Both the position numbers and the translations under genes were made by a program. From the NCBI RefSeq assembly GCF_000281045.1, contig NW_008246079.1:285815-305814 (forward strand): a DNA stretch of 20,000 nt, in the 5' to 3' direction. The stretch's first letter is position 1, and each line of letters opens with the position of its first letter. Shown here one piece after another: positions 1 to 10,096 of this stretch. The DNA comes from Saprolegnia diclina VS20. Taxonomy: Eukaryota. The notes under the pieces are model-generated. The model worked only from the letters and a program-made list of their open reading frames with translations, had not been told where the DNA came from and made no database searches.

Positions 1-362
1 AGCTAGAGGAAGAGACCGAAAGCGGATGAGGATATCGACGCCGTAGAGCGCATCGGAGATGGCGTCATAGAGAACCCAGTCACTGGCTTGGTACTCCTGA
101 CCCGGAGATGAGACGACGTAAGTATCAAGGCAGCAGAGTGTACCGCGAGTGAGTAAAAGCTAGAGACGTACGGCACGCAGGCGCAGATGTACGCCACCAG
201 TGCGAGGTTCACAACACTCCATAGCCTCTGGAAAGAGCTGTGGGGGTAGATGATGCCACGGGCCTTCGTGTCACGGCGGGTTGTGCTCCATGATCGTCGC
301 CAGCTGGATCGTGCAGGTAGGGCCGGACAACTGGTGCTCGGGTGGACCTTCCCAGCGCCCAT
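1..362 (-). CDS. Cyclic nucleotide-gated / KCNH-like ion channel, 5' part (runs off the window edge)
   Basis: Exon 1 (362-144) reads ...GIIYPHSSFQRLWSVVNLALVAYICACVPYVSSF, the typical pre-S1/S1 pattern (IxPxS.F...W). After a GT-AG intron at 143-97 (47 nt), exon 2 reads EYQASDWVLYDAISDALYGVDILIRFR, the S2 'D..Y..DI...FR' motif. A further donor is probable near 16. Confidence 0.8.
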
Positions 363-719
363 GTCTCGTTTGGCCTTGCTACGGAAATAGATAGTCCCAC
401 ATATATAAAGTGGTGCTAAATTTATAGATGTTTGGTCGGACTCCGCAGGTTTTTAACTCTGTTAGATGCAATTGGTTGCAGTGCTTCGCGTGCCCCTCAG
501 CGACCTGTTTGCTGCACCACGCAACGCTGCTCGACGCCGAGCACATGACCCGAAGCACTCAATCAACGAAGCATGGCATTGGTCACGAGTACAAATGACA
601 TTATTGTTGTGGTGTCAAGTTACGTACTACATAGCATTGACCTCGTGGCAGGCGACCACTCACTTGCAGACTTGACACAATCAGGCATCACGCGCGATGT
701 TTTAACACCTCATCGCGCT

Positions 720-792
720 TTGATTGGTCCTTGAAAAAATCGAAGCCGGGATACCGCCAATCACATCGCGACATTTTTCGATGCCCCAATCC
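720..792. promoter_or_regulatory. CCAAT-box cluster in the divergent intergenic region
   Basis: ATTGG at 723-727, CCAAT at 757-761 and 786-790, lying between divergent ATGs at 362 (-) and 977 (+). Confidence 0.45.
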
Positions 793-976
793 ACTGCTCG
801 GAACTCCATGTCGTGGCAAGCGGCAGGAAGCGAGCAGCTCCGTTGCCATTAGGATATCATGTACGCTGTAGCTCGAACCATAGCGTTAATGGAGACATAC
901 ATCACTTGGTAGTGAACGGAGTACGCGGCTCGCGCTGCTTTCTCAAAGGTCGTTTCCTGTAACGTCAGTTCAAAGC

Positions 977-3900
977 ATGTTGGGCGTTCTCGTGGCAGCG
1001 ACGCTCGTCTTGCCTAGTGCCAATGCATGCGTGTCAGAGAGCGGCTACTGCCAGCTTCTGCCCTCCGAAGGGTTGGCGACAGATCCGTGTTCCGATCTCG
1101 CGCCGTGCCCAACGGGTAGCTATTGCAGGTGCGACCATACCTTCGCGATCGGGACCTCAGGCCGGCAAATTAGAAACAATCGCTTGACGCGGTGCCCCGC
1201 GGGCTTTTTCGGAAACGTGACGGGCCTTCAAACACCGCAGTGCTCTGGCCTCTGCCCCGCCGGGTTCTACTGCCCCCTTGGAACGTACGTCCCCCCATTT
1301 TGAATCCGCCGCGTGGACCTACTATAATGGCTTAGCGCCGAGCCCATTGCTTGCGGCGGACAGCACCTCTACTGCGCTCTTGGCGCCGCAGCACCGTCGC
1401 TCGTTCCTCCTGGGTACTACGCGCTTGGTATCGATGCCACGAGACGGTATACGACGCATCGTATATCGAAACAACTGCAACTGTGTAGCGAGTCGGTTGC
1501 TCTCTGTGAAGCAGGCTTCTACTGCGTCAACGGGCAGCTCCTGCCGTGTGTCGAGGGGACCTTTGGCTCAACCAGCGGGCTGACATCGCCGGCATGCTCG
1601 GATGTGTGTCCTCCAGGGAGCTACTGCCCACTTGGTGCGAGTGCCCCCCTTCCATGCCCGCCGGGTATCAACTCTATATCAAGTTGCCAATTTTGCCATA
1701 TGCAAGGATCTAGGGACCTATGGCGTCACCGACAGCTTGTCGACGCCAGCGTGCTCGGGCGCGTGCCCCGAAGGCTTCTACTGCCCCGCCGGCACCACGA
1801 CCCCATTGGCTTGTCCCGACGGTGCTTTGTGCCCGGTGGGCAGTGCGTCACCGCGCGTCGTGCCGCCAGGCATGCACCTCGTCCCAGCTAAAGACCCCAT
1901 GACGCAGGCCATCACGATGGTGGCGACCCGTTGCCCTCCAGGCTCGTACTGCGTCTATGGTGCGCATTAGAGGTAGCCAAGGGAGCCTCCACGTCGATGT
2001 TCATGTAGGAAAAGCCTTTCCCTGTCCTGTCGGCCGGTTCGGGGCCACCGAGGGACTCAATTCGAGCCGTTGCTCGGGTGTGTGTCCTGCTGGCTCGCTT
2101 TGCGTTGCGGGCACGGTCACCCCGGTGCGCCTCGTTGGCTCAGCGTGTGCTTATAGCTGCGTGATGCTGTAGTCGCCGTGCAGCGACGCGGCCTTCTTTT
2201 GCCCCTCGGACAGCTACGCTCTGCAGCCGGTTGGTGTTGGCAACTACTCGAGTCCGATCGACTCTTTGTATCACAAAGACCAAGCCGTGTGTGAACCGGG
2301 GCACTACTGTCTCAACGGGCTTCGATCCCCGTGTCCGGCGGGTGCCTTTGGTAGTGCATTTGGCTTGACAACACCGGCTTGCAGGTGCGGCGCGTGGACG
2401 CGGTCCATCTCATGTCCTTGTAGTGGACAGTGTGCACCGGGGTACTATTGCCCGCAAGGAAGTTTGGGCGCGACCGCCAACGAGTGCGGCAGCCCCCATA
2501 CGTACTGTCCGGAAGGCTCACCGCGCCCCCTTTGTACGCTTGCTACACAGTTTGTACTGATAAGGAGACTACTTGTAGTCGTATCGAGCGGCTACTGCGG
2601 CGTGGGGGCGTCGGCAACGACACAAGCGGCGCAAGCACTCGCACCACCGGGCTCGTTTGCGTTTGAAGGCCAGTGCTACTTGTGTCCCGGGGGATACTAT
2701 GGCACCGACCCCGGCAGCATCTCGCCAACATGTTCGGGCGTTTGTGCATCGGGGTACTACTGCCCGCCAGGAAGCACGTCGCCCTTCCAAGTGACATGTG
2801 GGCTCGGGTCGTACTGCCCGTCCGGCTCGAAGTTGCCAACGCCAGTCACCCGCGGGTTTTATTCGGTAGGCTTCAACTTGCTGTCCCTGCGATGGAGAGT
2901 CCCTTACGGCTAGTACATTGCGACTACTGATACGTGTGGTCCTGGACTCTATCGAAGCGCGTCGACGTCGCTGGCCGCTCTCTTGCTCGCTGGTTGGTCC
3001 ACGATTGCTGTCGACTATGGTGACGCGCTCTTCCCTTTTGCCCCGTACAACTTGTCTCGCCGAGAGGTGACACTCATATCGTCTTCACAGGTGTGTGCCG
3101 TGCCCACTCGGGACCTTCAAGCCAGACGACGGCGACAGCCAAAGCCTCTGCCAAGCGTGTCCGCCATTCACATCAACGAGGTACGTGACGACTGTGACTG
3201 TAGCACACTGCGCACTGTGTAGCTCGATCGACCGCACAACTTGTTCTTGCTATCGGCTCTCGGGGGGCGCGACGTGGGAGGCGACCACGACAGCCTTGTA
3301 CTTTGACGGTGTCACCTGCATCCACCTTCCGATCGCAACCCAAGTAGACGGCTTTACAGTCTCTGAAAATGGTGCCATGGTATGTAGATGGCGTCGCTTC
3401 TACCGCCCAACACGTCGTGGACCAAGTACCAAGAGGCGGCTTGCAAGCCCGGGTACTACTGCGTTCAGGGCGCTCGATCGCCGTGTCCTGCTGGCCGGTG
3501 CAGCTCCACCCAAGCCCGTGAGTCTCTTCACCGTTGTCCGACATAGGTTTGGCACCTCCTGGAAGGAAACAAATCCTCTGTGCACAAATGCGTGTCGACG
3601 GGGACACTACTGCCCGGTTGCCAGCGCCCACGACGCCGTGGTATGCTTAGTTGGAATAGCTCTTGTCAAGTTCGTGCATGCAAGGAGCCGTGCGGTGCGC
3701 CGTACTTGTACTGCCCCTCGGGCTCGCCGTACCCCGTCGCGGTGACGGCAGGCTTCTACTCGCTCGACTCGGTCGCAGGTACCATCCACTGTTGTCAACC
3801 ACACTGCAGTACTCTGGCCAGGGCTCTTCTCTGACATCACGCGCCGCGACGCGCAAGCCCCATGTGAGCCAGGCTCGTTTTGCCAGTACGGCCTTCGCTA

Positions 3901-4978
3901 CCCATGTCCGGGCGGCCGCTACGGCAGCGCAGCCCAAGAGACATCGACACTCGTACGCACATCGTGGCGTAGTAGTTCTTCTCAATGCATTCTGGTGGCA
4001 CCTAGTGCACGGGTCTCTGCCAGCGCGGCTTCTACTGCCCTCCAGGAAGCTCGCTTCCGACGCAAGTGGGTGCTATTTTGCTATAAAAGCTATCAGAAAT
4101 CATTTACTAACGTAGGTGGCGTGCGGAAACGCTTCCGTCATCTGTCGCCGGGGATCGGCGTCGCCCGAGCCCGTCGCTGTGGGCTACTACTCGGGCGGTG
4201 ACACGTCCCCGTACGTCCGAGCTGTTCGATGATGCGGACGAAAATGGCGCGTAAAACGGAGGCGTTGGATCGCGACAGCATGCGCTGGTACCAGCTGCCT
4301 TGCCCCTTGGGCTCCTATTGCGTCGACGGAACTTCGTTTCTGTGCCCGGGGGGCACGTACGGAGGTGTCCCACAACTCACGCGGCCAACGTGCTCGGGCC
4401 TCTGTGCGCCGGGGTACTACTGCCCGACGGGCAGCATCGCTGCGCAAGCGTTTCCATGCGGTAACGTGAGCGTCTACTGCCCTCCAGGGTCACCCCAGCC
4501 TCTCGCCGTATCGGTGGGGTACTACACCACGGGTGGCACCAACAGCACACGGTTTGCGAATGCCTCTCTCGCCGACGACATACCTCGCACTTGGTTAGGT
4601 CGGGCCAAGCACTCTGTCCGATGGGGTCGTTCTGTCAGCATGGCGTACTCTATCAGTGTCCGCCTGGCACGTTCGGCAGCGCCACAGGTACAGTCTTTGC
4701 ATGGAAACCCAATGCCATTGCATATTGCATGCATGTAGGCTTGACCGTCGAGACATGCAGCGGCTGGTGCAGCGCGGGCTTCTTTTGTCCGCCCGGCACC
4801 GTTTCTGCGACCGCCAATGCGTACGCTCCTTTGCCGTCTCTGTCGGTTGTCCTCGATCATGGAGGTGCACAGGTGCGGGCCATCGTCCTACTCGATCGAC
4901 GGTCAAGGCGAATGCATGGCGTGTCCGGCAGCCCGACCTTTGATGCCGTGTCACAACAGTCGCGCGTGCTGCCAGTAG
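977..4978 (+). CDS. Secreted cysteine-rich repeat protein (GCC2/GCC3, ephrin-receptor-like repeats), ~998 aa, 22 exons
   Basis: Signal peptide MLGVLVAATLVLPSANA; recurring CPxGxYC, CSGxCxxGYYCPxGS and CPxGxFG motifs; a canonical CVPCPLGTFKPDDGDSQSLCQACP unit. Inferred introns: 1129-1173, 1285-1335, 1447-1488, 1665-1713, 1960-2008, 2125-2172, 2385-2423, 2534-2578, 2866-2913, 3045-3090, 3181-3222, 3344-3387, 3498-3546, 3641-3684, 3779-3821, 3953-4005, 4066-4115, 4211-4278 (acceptor uncertain), 4552-4598, 4688-4738, 4821-4872. The spliced frame is continuous (2997 nt) and ends ...SRACCQ* at TAG 4976-4978. Confidence 0.85.
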
Positions 4979-5183
4979 CTACGAAATTGCCCGGTCTCTT
5001 CTTCCTTGCCGTGCTCGTACGACGTGAATAACTCAGTTTGCCCTTTCTACACCTACCCCTACCCTAACCCTCATGCAGTGGCCACGCGATAGCTGTTCAA
5101 GAGCCCTTGACAAAGAACAGACGCGTATCGCGCACCGCTCTCAGCAACTCGTCTGTGCATTCAACTAGCTCAAGACGGTGTCT

Positions 5184-6671
5184 TTACGTTAACTGTCTCT
5201 GGGTATCACTCGACGTGGAGGCGAGAGGCGTCAAGATGCCGAGGGCTTCGAGCGCTGCGATACGGTGCGGTGGCCACGTCGCGCGGACGCGTTCGGCTTT
5301 GCGCGTGTTCATGAGCGCATTCGTGAGGTGCAGATCCCACGTGCTCTCTGGCCAGCGCGCGTCGTTGGTGGGTACGACAAACTGCGGCGGAACGCGCAAG
5401 TGGCCATGCAGTGCCTTGAACGTTTGGAGGGCGTGGAGCACGCGCTCTTGGCGCCACGCAACCATGTCCCACACAAACCCGAGTGCATCGAGCCGTTGGA
5501 CCATGTCGTCGGTCATCGTCTTCTTGTGTCGGCGCCAGTCCTTGACGACCGTGCCAAGCGGGAGACCGCGGACCTCAACCGGCCACGCGCTATCGTCTTC
5601 GGGTACGACGAACTGCTGAGGCACGCGCGGGTGGCCAAAGACGCGAATGAACGCCGTAAGCGCGCTGAGCTTGCGCGCCGAGACAAAGTCGAGCACGCTC
5701 CACACAAAGCCTTCGTCCTCCAGTGCCTGGATCTGCTCTTGGCTCAGCGACGACCGGGTCGTCCGAAGCGTATTGACGAGGTTCCCAAGGCGGAGGCCAA
5801 TGAGGTCGGGCGACCACGTCGTCGCGTTGGGCGGAATCACAAACGAGTGGGGCACGAGGAGATGGCCAAAATTCGCAGCAAATTCCTTGATCGCCCGCAA
5901 CTGGAGACCCCAGCGCGGACCAATGTACGAAAAGTGCATCTCGCGCACGAGCGGTTCGAGGACTGCAAACGGCGGCGACGGGTCGTACCGAAGCGCCTGG
6001 AGGTGGCGCCCGAGCGCAAGCGACTGCACGTACGGCGGGTACGGCGCTTCGGCAGGCGTCCTATACATCAAGGGTACGTCCAAGTTGCCGTACTCGGTAT
6101 AGTAGATGCGACAGGCGTCGACGAGGATCGCGGGTGTCAATGGCGGACGTCGCGTCCGCGGGTGCGCTAGGATTGGTGCGAACCGCGCCATCTCGTCGCC
6201 CTTGACATACGACGGAAAGCCGACGCGCTGCAAGAGACCAAACGCTTGGCCGAGGTCGATGCCCCACGTCTCGCGCGGCCACGCTGCGTTCTTTGGTACG
6301 ACAAAGTCAAACGGGACAGGGATCGGCCCATGCAACGCAAGAAAGGCGTCGAGGGCGCGAAAGCGCACGTCCCAGTGGTGGCGCCGAGCGCTCCATGGAA
6401 AACTCAGCGCATCCATGTCGGCGACGACGCTTGGATCGAGGCGATTCTGGTGGTACAGCGCCCGGAAGCGGCTAAGGTTGATGTCCTTGCCGCGAGCCTC
6501 GTCGGGCCACGGCGCTTCGTTCGGAATGAGAAGAGTGCCATGCGACGGCGCCATGGCGTGGACGTCATGGTACACCTTGACGACGTTCGCAATGCTGCGT
6601 TGCTTCTTGGGGCTAAAGTTGATGTTGCCGTACGTCGAGAAGGCGGCGCGGCCCGCTGCTCGACGCAGCAT
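5184..6671 (-). CDS. Helicase-associated (HA) domain repeat protein, 495 aa, single exon
   Basis: About six repeats of the pattern 'L.AL..F...HGH..VP..FVVP....WP....G..LG......R........L..LGFVW'. Preferred start is the ATG at 6671 (MLRRAAGRAAFSTY); the upstream in-frame extension to 6833 looks non-coding. Confidence 0.85.
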   Translation of the reverse strand: MLRRAAGRAAFSTYGNINFSPKKQRSIANVVKVYHDVHAMAPSHGTLLIPNEAPWPDEARGKDINLSRFRALYHQNRLDPSVVADMDALSFPWSARRHHWDVRFRALDAFLALHGPIPVPFDFVVPKNAAWPRETWGIDLGQAFGLLQRVGFPSYVKGDEMARFAPILAHPRTRRPPLTPAILVDACRIYYTEYGNLDVPLMYRTPAEAPYPPYVQSLALGRHLQALRYDPSPPFAVLEPLVREMHFSYIGPRWGLQLRAIKEFAANFGHLLVPHSFVIPPNATTWSPDLIGLRLGNLVNTLRTTRSSLSQEQIQALEDEGFVWSVLDFVSARKLSALTAFIRVFGHPRVPQQFVVPEDDSAWPVEVRGLPLGTVVKDWRRHKKTMTDDMVQRLDALGFVWDMVAWRQERVLHALQTFKALHGHLRVPPQFVVPTNDARWPESTWDLHLTNALMNTRKAERVRATWPPHRIAALEALGILTPLASTSSDTQRQLT

Positions 6672-7137
6672 CCTGTCAAGTGGGATTTTCGCCGCTTTCG
6701 ATTCGTCGACTTGTTTGCGGCAGATGCCGCTTACTAAAAACACACAACAATGGAATGTGGCACGCGCTCCGTGCAACCGAAACGACGCAGAGCGGGAGAC
6801 CGGTATCGCAAGTCCATGGGTATCCATACGCATGGGTAATGAGCCGATCGATGACGCCCTTGATCTTTACTGTCCCGTCGTCGGGATCGGATATGGTCGT
6901 GGTGGGAGAGCCGACTTGAGGCCCAAATGCCACATTGGCGACCATTGAAAGTGGCATGCACCGCAAATAAACAACGGAATGCGGCCAATTCGGCATCGCC
7001 CACGGATTTGAGGATTCAAAATTCGATCGAAATAACTTGGTGTTTGTATGGGTGTGCTGGACGTGGCAAAAAAATTGAGGCTGGAATTCCCGCTCGTGCC
7101 CAGTCCACCAAGTGCAGTCCCGAGGAAGAGAGCGACC

Positions 7138-8702
7138 ATGAGCATGGAGCCCGAGCACAAGTACATCTCGACCGAGCACATCCAGGTAGACCATGCTGCT
7201 ACATGCATGCGAGGCTTATGGGCGGCGGCTAGAGCATGCTCGATGAGAACGCGACCATGATCGTCGAGATCATCCAGCTCAACAACGCCGTCAAGCACGA
7301 GCGGGGCGCCGCGCTTGCCGACATCCAAGACAAGCTTGAGAAGAAGCGCAAGAAGCTCAACCGTAACCTCATGACGCTCGCCAAGTGGGCCGATGAGAGC
7401 ACGGAGCCGCCCGTCAAGTCCAAGCCCGCACCCGTCGCCATTGTCCAGCCGCCGCCTGCCCAGATCGCGCCGCCTGTCGCCGAGCAGCCCAAGCCGGAAG
7501 GCGTCGACCAACCCATGGGTTCGAACCAAGATATGGGCACCAATACGCCGCCGCTTAAAGCGACTACCGCCGCGCCCAAGCTCGAGGGCGAGGATCAGGT
7601 CAAGGTTGATGTGCCGCAGGAGAAGGAGGACGACCCGATGGGCGCAACAGACGAAACCACGGAAGCGGCGCAGCCTACGAAGACTGAAGAGGTGGCTGAC
7701 GTTGACATGGGCAATGGCGAAGCGGACGCCGAACCTCTGGGCGCGGTCCAGTCGCCGCTCGCGACGCTCTCCGGCGTAGCCTCCCCCAGCATCTCGGGCG
7801 TGGCCTCCCCCAGCATCTCGGGCGTGGCCTCCCCCAGCATCTCGGGCATGGCATCCCCCAGCATCTCGGGCGTTGCGTCGCCTAGCATCTCGGGCGTCGC
7901 GTCGCCCAACGTGTCTGCGATCTCGTCCTTTGAAAACACGCCGCAGGCGTCGGCAGCTGCGTCTCCCAAGCCGGTGTCCGAGATCGCCGACGGTGCGTCG
8001 TCGGTCATTGCCTCCCCGATTGCCCCGATTGATGCGACGCCGGAAGAATCGTCGGCGCCCCTCTCTCCGGAGGCTGCCGACATTGCGACTGATGCTCAGG
8101 TCGCTACTGACGCCGCGCCTGCCGACGTACCTTCGCCGGATGCCGTCACAGAAGTACCCATGGCCACACCGTCGCCGGAACACGCCGCCGAGACGTCGGT
8201 CGATGGCACTATGGACGACACCCCCATGGAGGAATCTGCTGAGGCGTCGGTCGAAGCGTCTCCTGACGTGTCTGCTGAGGCATCCCCGGTCGCATCGCCC
8301 GTGCAGTCTGCTGATGCCTCGCCCGAGGAGTCTGCAGAGGCCTCGCCCGTAGAGTCTGCAGATGCCTCGCCCATGCAGTCTGCAGAGGCCTCGCCCGAGG
8401 AGTCTGCAGAGGCCTCGCCCGAAGAGTCTGCAGAGGCCTCGCCCGTAGAGTCTGCAGAGGCCTCGCCAGAAGCGTCGCCTGAAGTCTCTGCCGAGGCTTC
8501 ACCGGAAGCGTCTCCTGAGGCCTCGCCTGCTGTGTCTGCCGAGGCGTCGCCTGCTGCATCGCCGGCCGCTGAGATTGCGACGGAGACGACGACGGCACCG
8601 GAGGCCTCGCCCGAGCCGTCCTCAGAAGTTGCACCGACGGACGCGTCGCCCGAGGCAGCACCCATGACCGACGACGCGCCGCCAGCTGTAGCAGACGCGT
8701 AA
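7138..8702 (+). CDS. SS18: SSXT (SNH) domain protein, SS18/GRF-interacting-factor family, with acidic low-complexity tail (~505 aa)
   Basis: Exon 1 (7138-7185) MSMEPEHKYISTEHIQ, intron 7186-7232 (47 nt), exon 2 SMLDENATMIVEII...KKLNRNLMTLAKWADE. This matches the SSXT consensus 'IT...IQ.MLDEN..LI..I ... L.RNL..LA..AD'. Confidence 0.8.
7770..7913 (+). repeat. Coding minisatellite, 6 x 24 nt, encoding (SGVASPSI)n
   Basis: Units like tcgggcgtggcctcccccagcatc start at 7770, 7794, 7818, 7842, 7866 and 7890. Confidence 0.95.
8235..8570 (+). repeat. Coding minisatellite with 24-nt core tctgcagaggcctcgcccgaggag, encoding (SAEASPEE/VE)n
   Basis: 24-nt units at 8307, 8331, 8355, 8379, 8403, 8427 and 8451, flanked by degenerate 36-nt units (SAEASPxASPxx). 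Confidence 0.92.
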
Positions 8703-8758
8703 TGATAAATGTATGGAAGAGGATGCAGTAAAACTCGAATAAATAAAACGCGCCTTGG

Positions 8759-9663
8759 CTAGTAGCGCAGCAGATGCGGATGCGCCAGAAGCGTGGCGAC
8801 GATCGCGTCAAACCCGCGGTGGCGCGCGCGCTCGAGGCCCAGACCCGAGTAGCCTTCGCGCCGGTGGTGCACCAGAAAGGCCACCACATCGGCGTGGCCG
8901 TGCATGGCCGCCCCGTCGAGGGCTTGCGTCGTACAATTGCTCTCGCTGTGGGCATGTAAGTACTGTACAATCGCGAGATGGCCCCAGGTGGCAGCAATGT
9001 CCATGGCCTGGGCGCCGCTGCGGCCTTGCAACCCATGGCAAAAGAGGAATTCGACAAGGTCCAAGCGCCTATGTACGTTGCGTCCATGATGAGAGCGCAT
9101 GGAGGAGACGCACCCGAGCTGCGCGGCCCGCACGAGCGTGTACGAGCAGCAGCCTTCGGCGCGGTGCGCCAGGAGGAACGCAGCGGTTGTCGTGTGGCTC
9201 GACAAAAGCGCGTGGTGCAACGCGTACTCGGTGCAGCCTTCGCTGCGATGTGCGTGCAGAAAGCAAACGATTTGCAAGTGACCGCGCTTGGCGGCACCGT
9301 TCATGGCCCACACCTGTACGAGCACGACGCGGATGAGGAGATCCAGGCTGCCGCGGAGATAGTGTGGGGTACCGAGCATGGAGCGCCGTGGTGGTGGAGC
9401 CACTGCACCGTATCGTAGTGTCCGTTCGAGGCCGCTGCGTCCATGGCAGCAGCGCTCACGCAGTAGACCCTTGGGTACTTGTAGGCAGCGGCGAGTACCT
9501 TTGTGGCGCCGGTCGAGGCGGCGTGGTCGAGCACGCTGAGCTGTGAGAGCGACGGAGCATAGATCGCGCGGTGGTACTCGACAAGAGCTTTGGGCCAGCC
9601 GGCTTGGAACGCGCAGATCAGAGCGACCAGCGGTGCATCGCAGACGGCAGCGAGCGAGGCCAT
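8759..9663 (-). CDS. Ankyrin repeat protein (oomycete-type 'AMDxAAxxGHLxxVxxLH' repeats), ~266 aa
   Basis: Exon 1 9663-9373; intron 9372-9314 (59 nt); probable in-frame intron 9113-9069 (45 nt). Repeats include AMDAAASNGHYDTVQWLH, AMNGAAKRGHLQIVCFLH, AMDIAATWGHLAIVQYLH and ALDGAAMHGHADVVAFL. Confidence 0.88.
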
Positions 9664-10096
9664 GGCGTTCGGCGAGAATGACCAACTGCCACGCGAGGGC
9701 GGTTGGAGCTTGGATTGGTTTGAAACATGTTTGCAACACCCACTTTATTTAGGTTTTGTATGCATAGTTGTATAAAACTTTGTGTTTTGAACTGTTTTAT
9801 GGAATATCGAAGCGCCAAAAATAGATCCGCCGAAAATAGAAGCCGTCGCGTGGCAACCCGCCAGCGCAACGGCAGCTACGGAGCACTGCGAGGGCAAGCC
9901 GTCGATCGCGCCACCTTTGCTTGCAGCGTCCAGTGCGACGATGAAGAGGTACTGCATGCGTCGACCAAATTTTGCAGCGCACTTCTTCTACCCAAAGCAG
10001 CTGCCGAGGCGCCGCGAGTGTACTGCTGCTACCAAGCGCAATACGGACAAATCAGCGCACAACAAGCTATATAACGTGAGCTTAGCAGCATTGGGC

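Noticed and set aside
5052..5071. Telomere-like cctacccctaccctaaccct
   Set aside because: About three degenerate units and only one perfect CCCTAA; consistent with a chance C-rich 3' UTR tract.
7770..8570. 24-nt arrays as a possible CRISPR
   Set aside because: Contiguous in-frame coding repeats with no unique spacers and no cas genes, in a eukaryotic context.
6867..8665. Minus-strand repetitive ORFs (438, 162 and 189 aa)
   Set aside because: Antisense readings of the SS18-like low-complexity repeats.
9811..9844. Two copies of cgcc(a/g)aaaataga upstream of the ankyrin gene
   Set aside because: Only two 13-nt copies; too little to assign a function.
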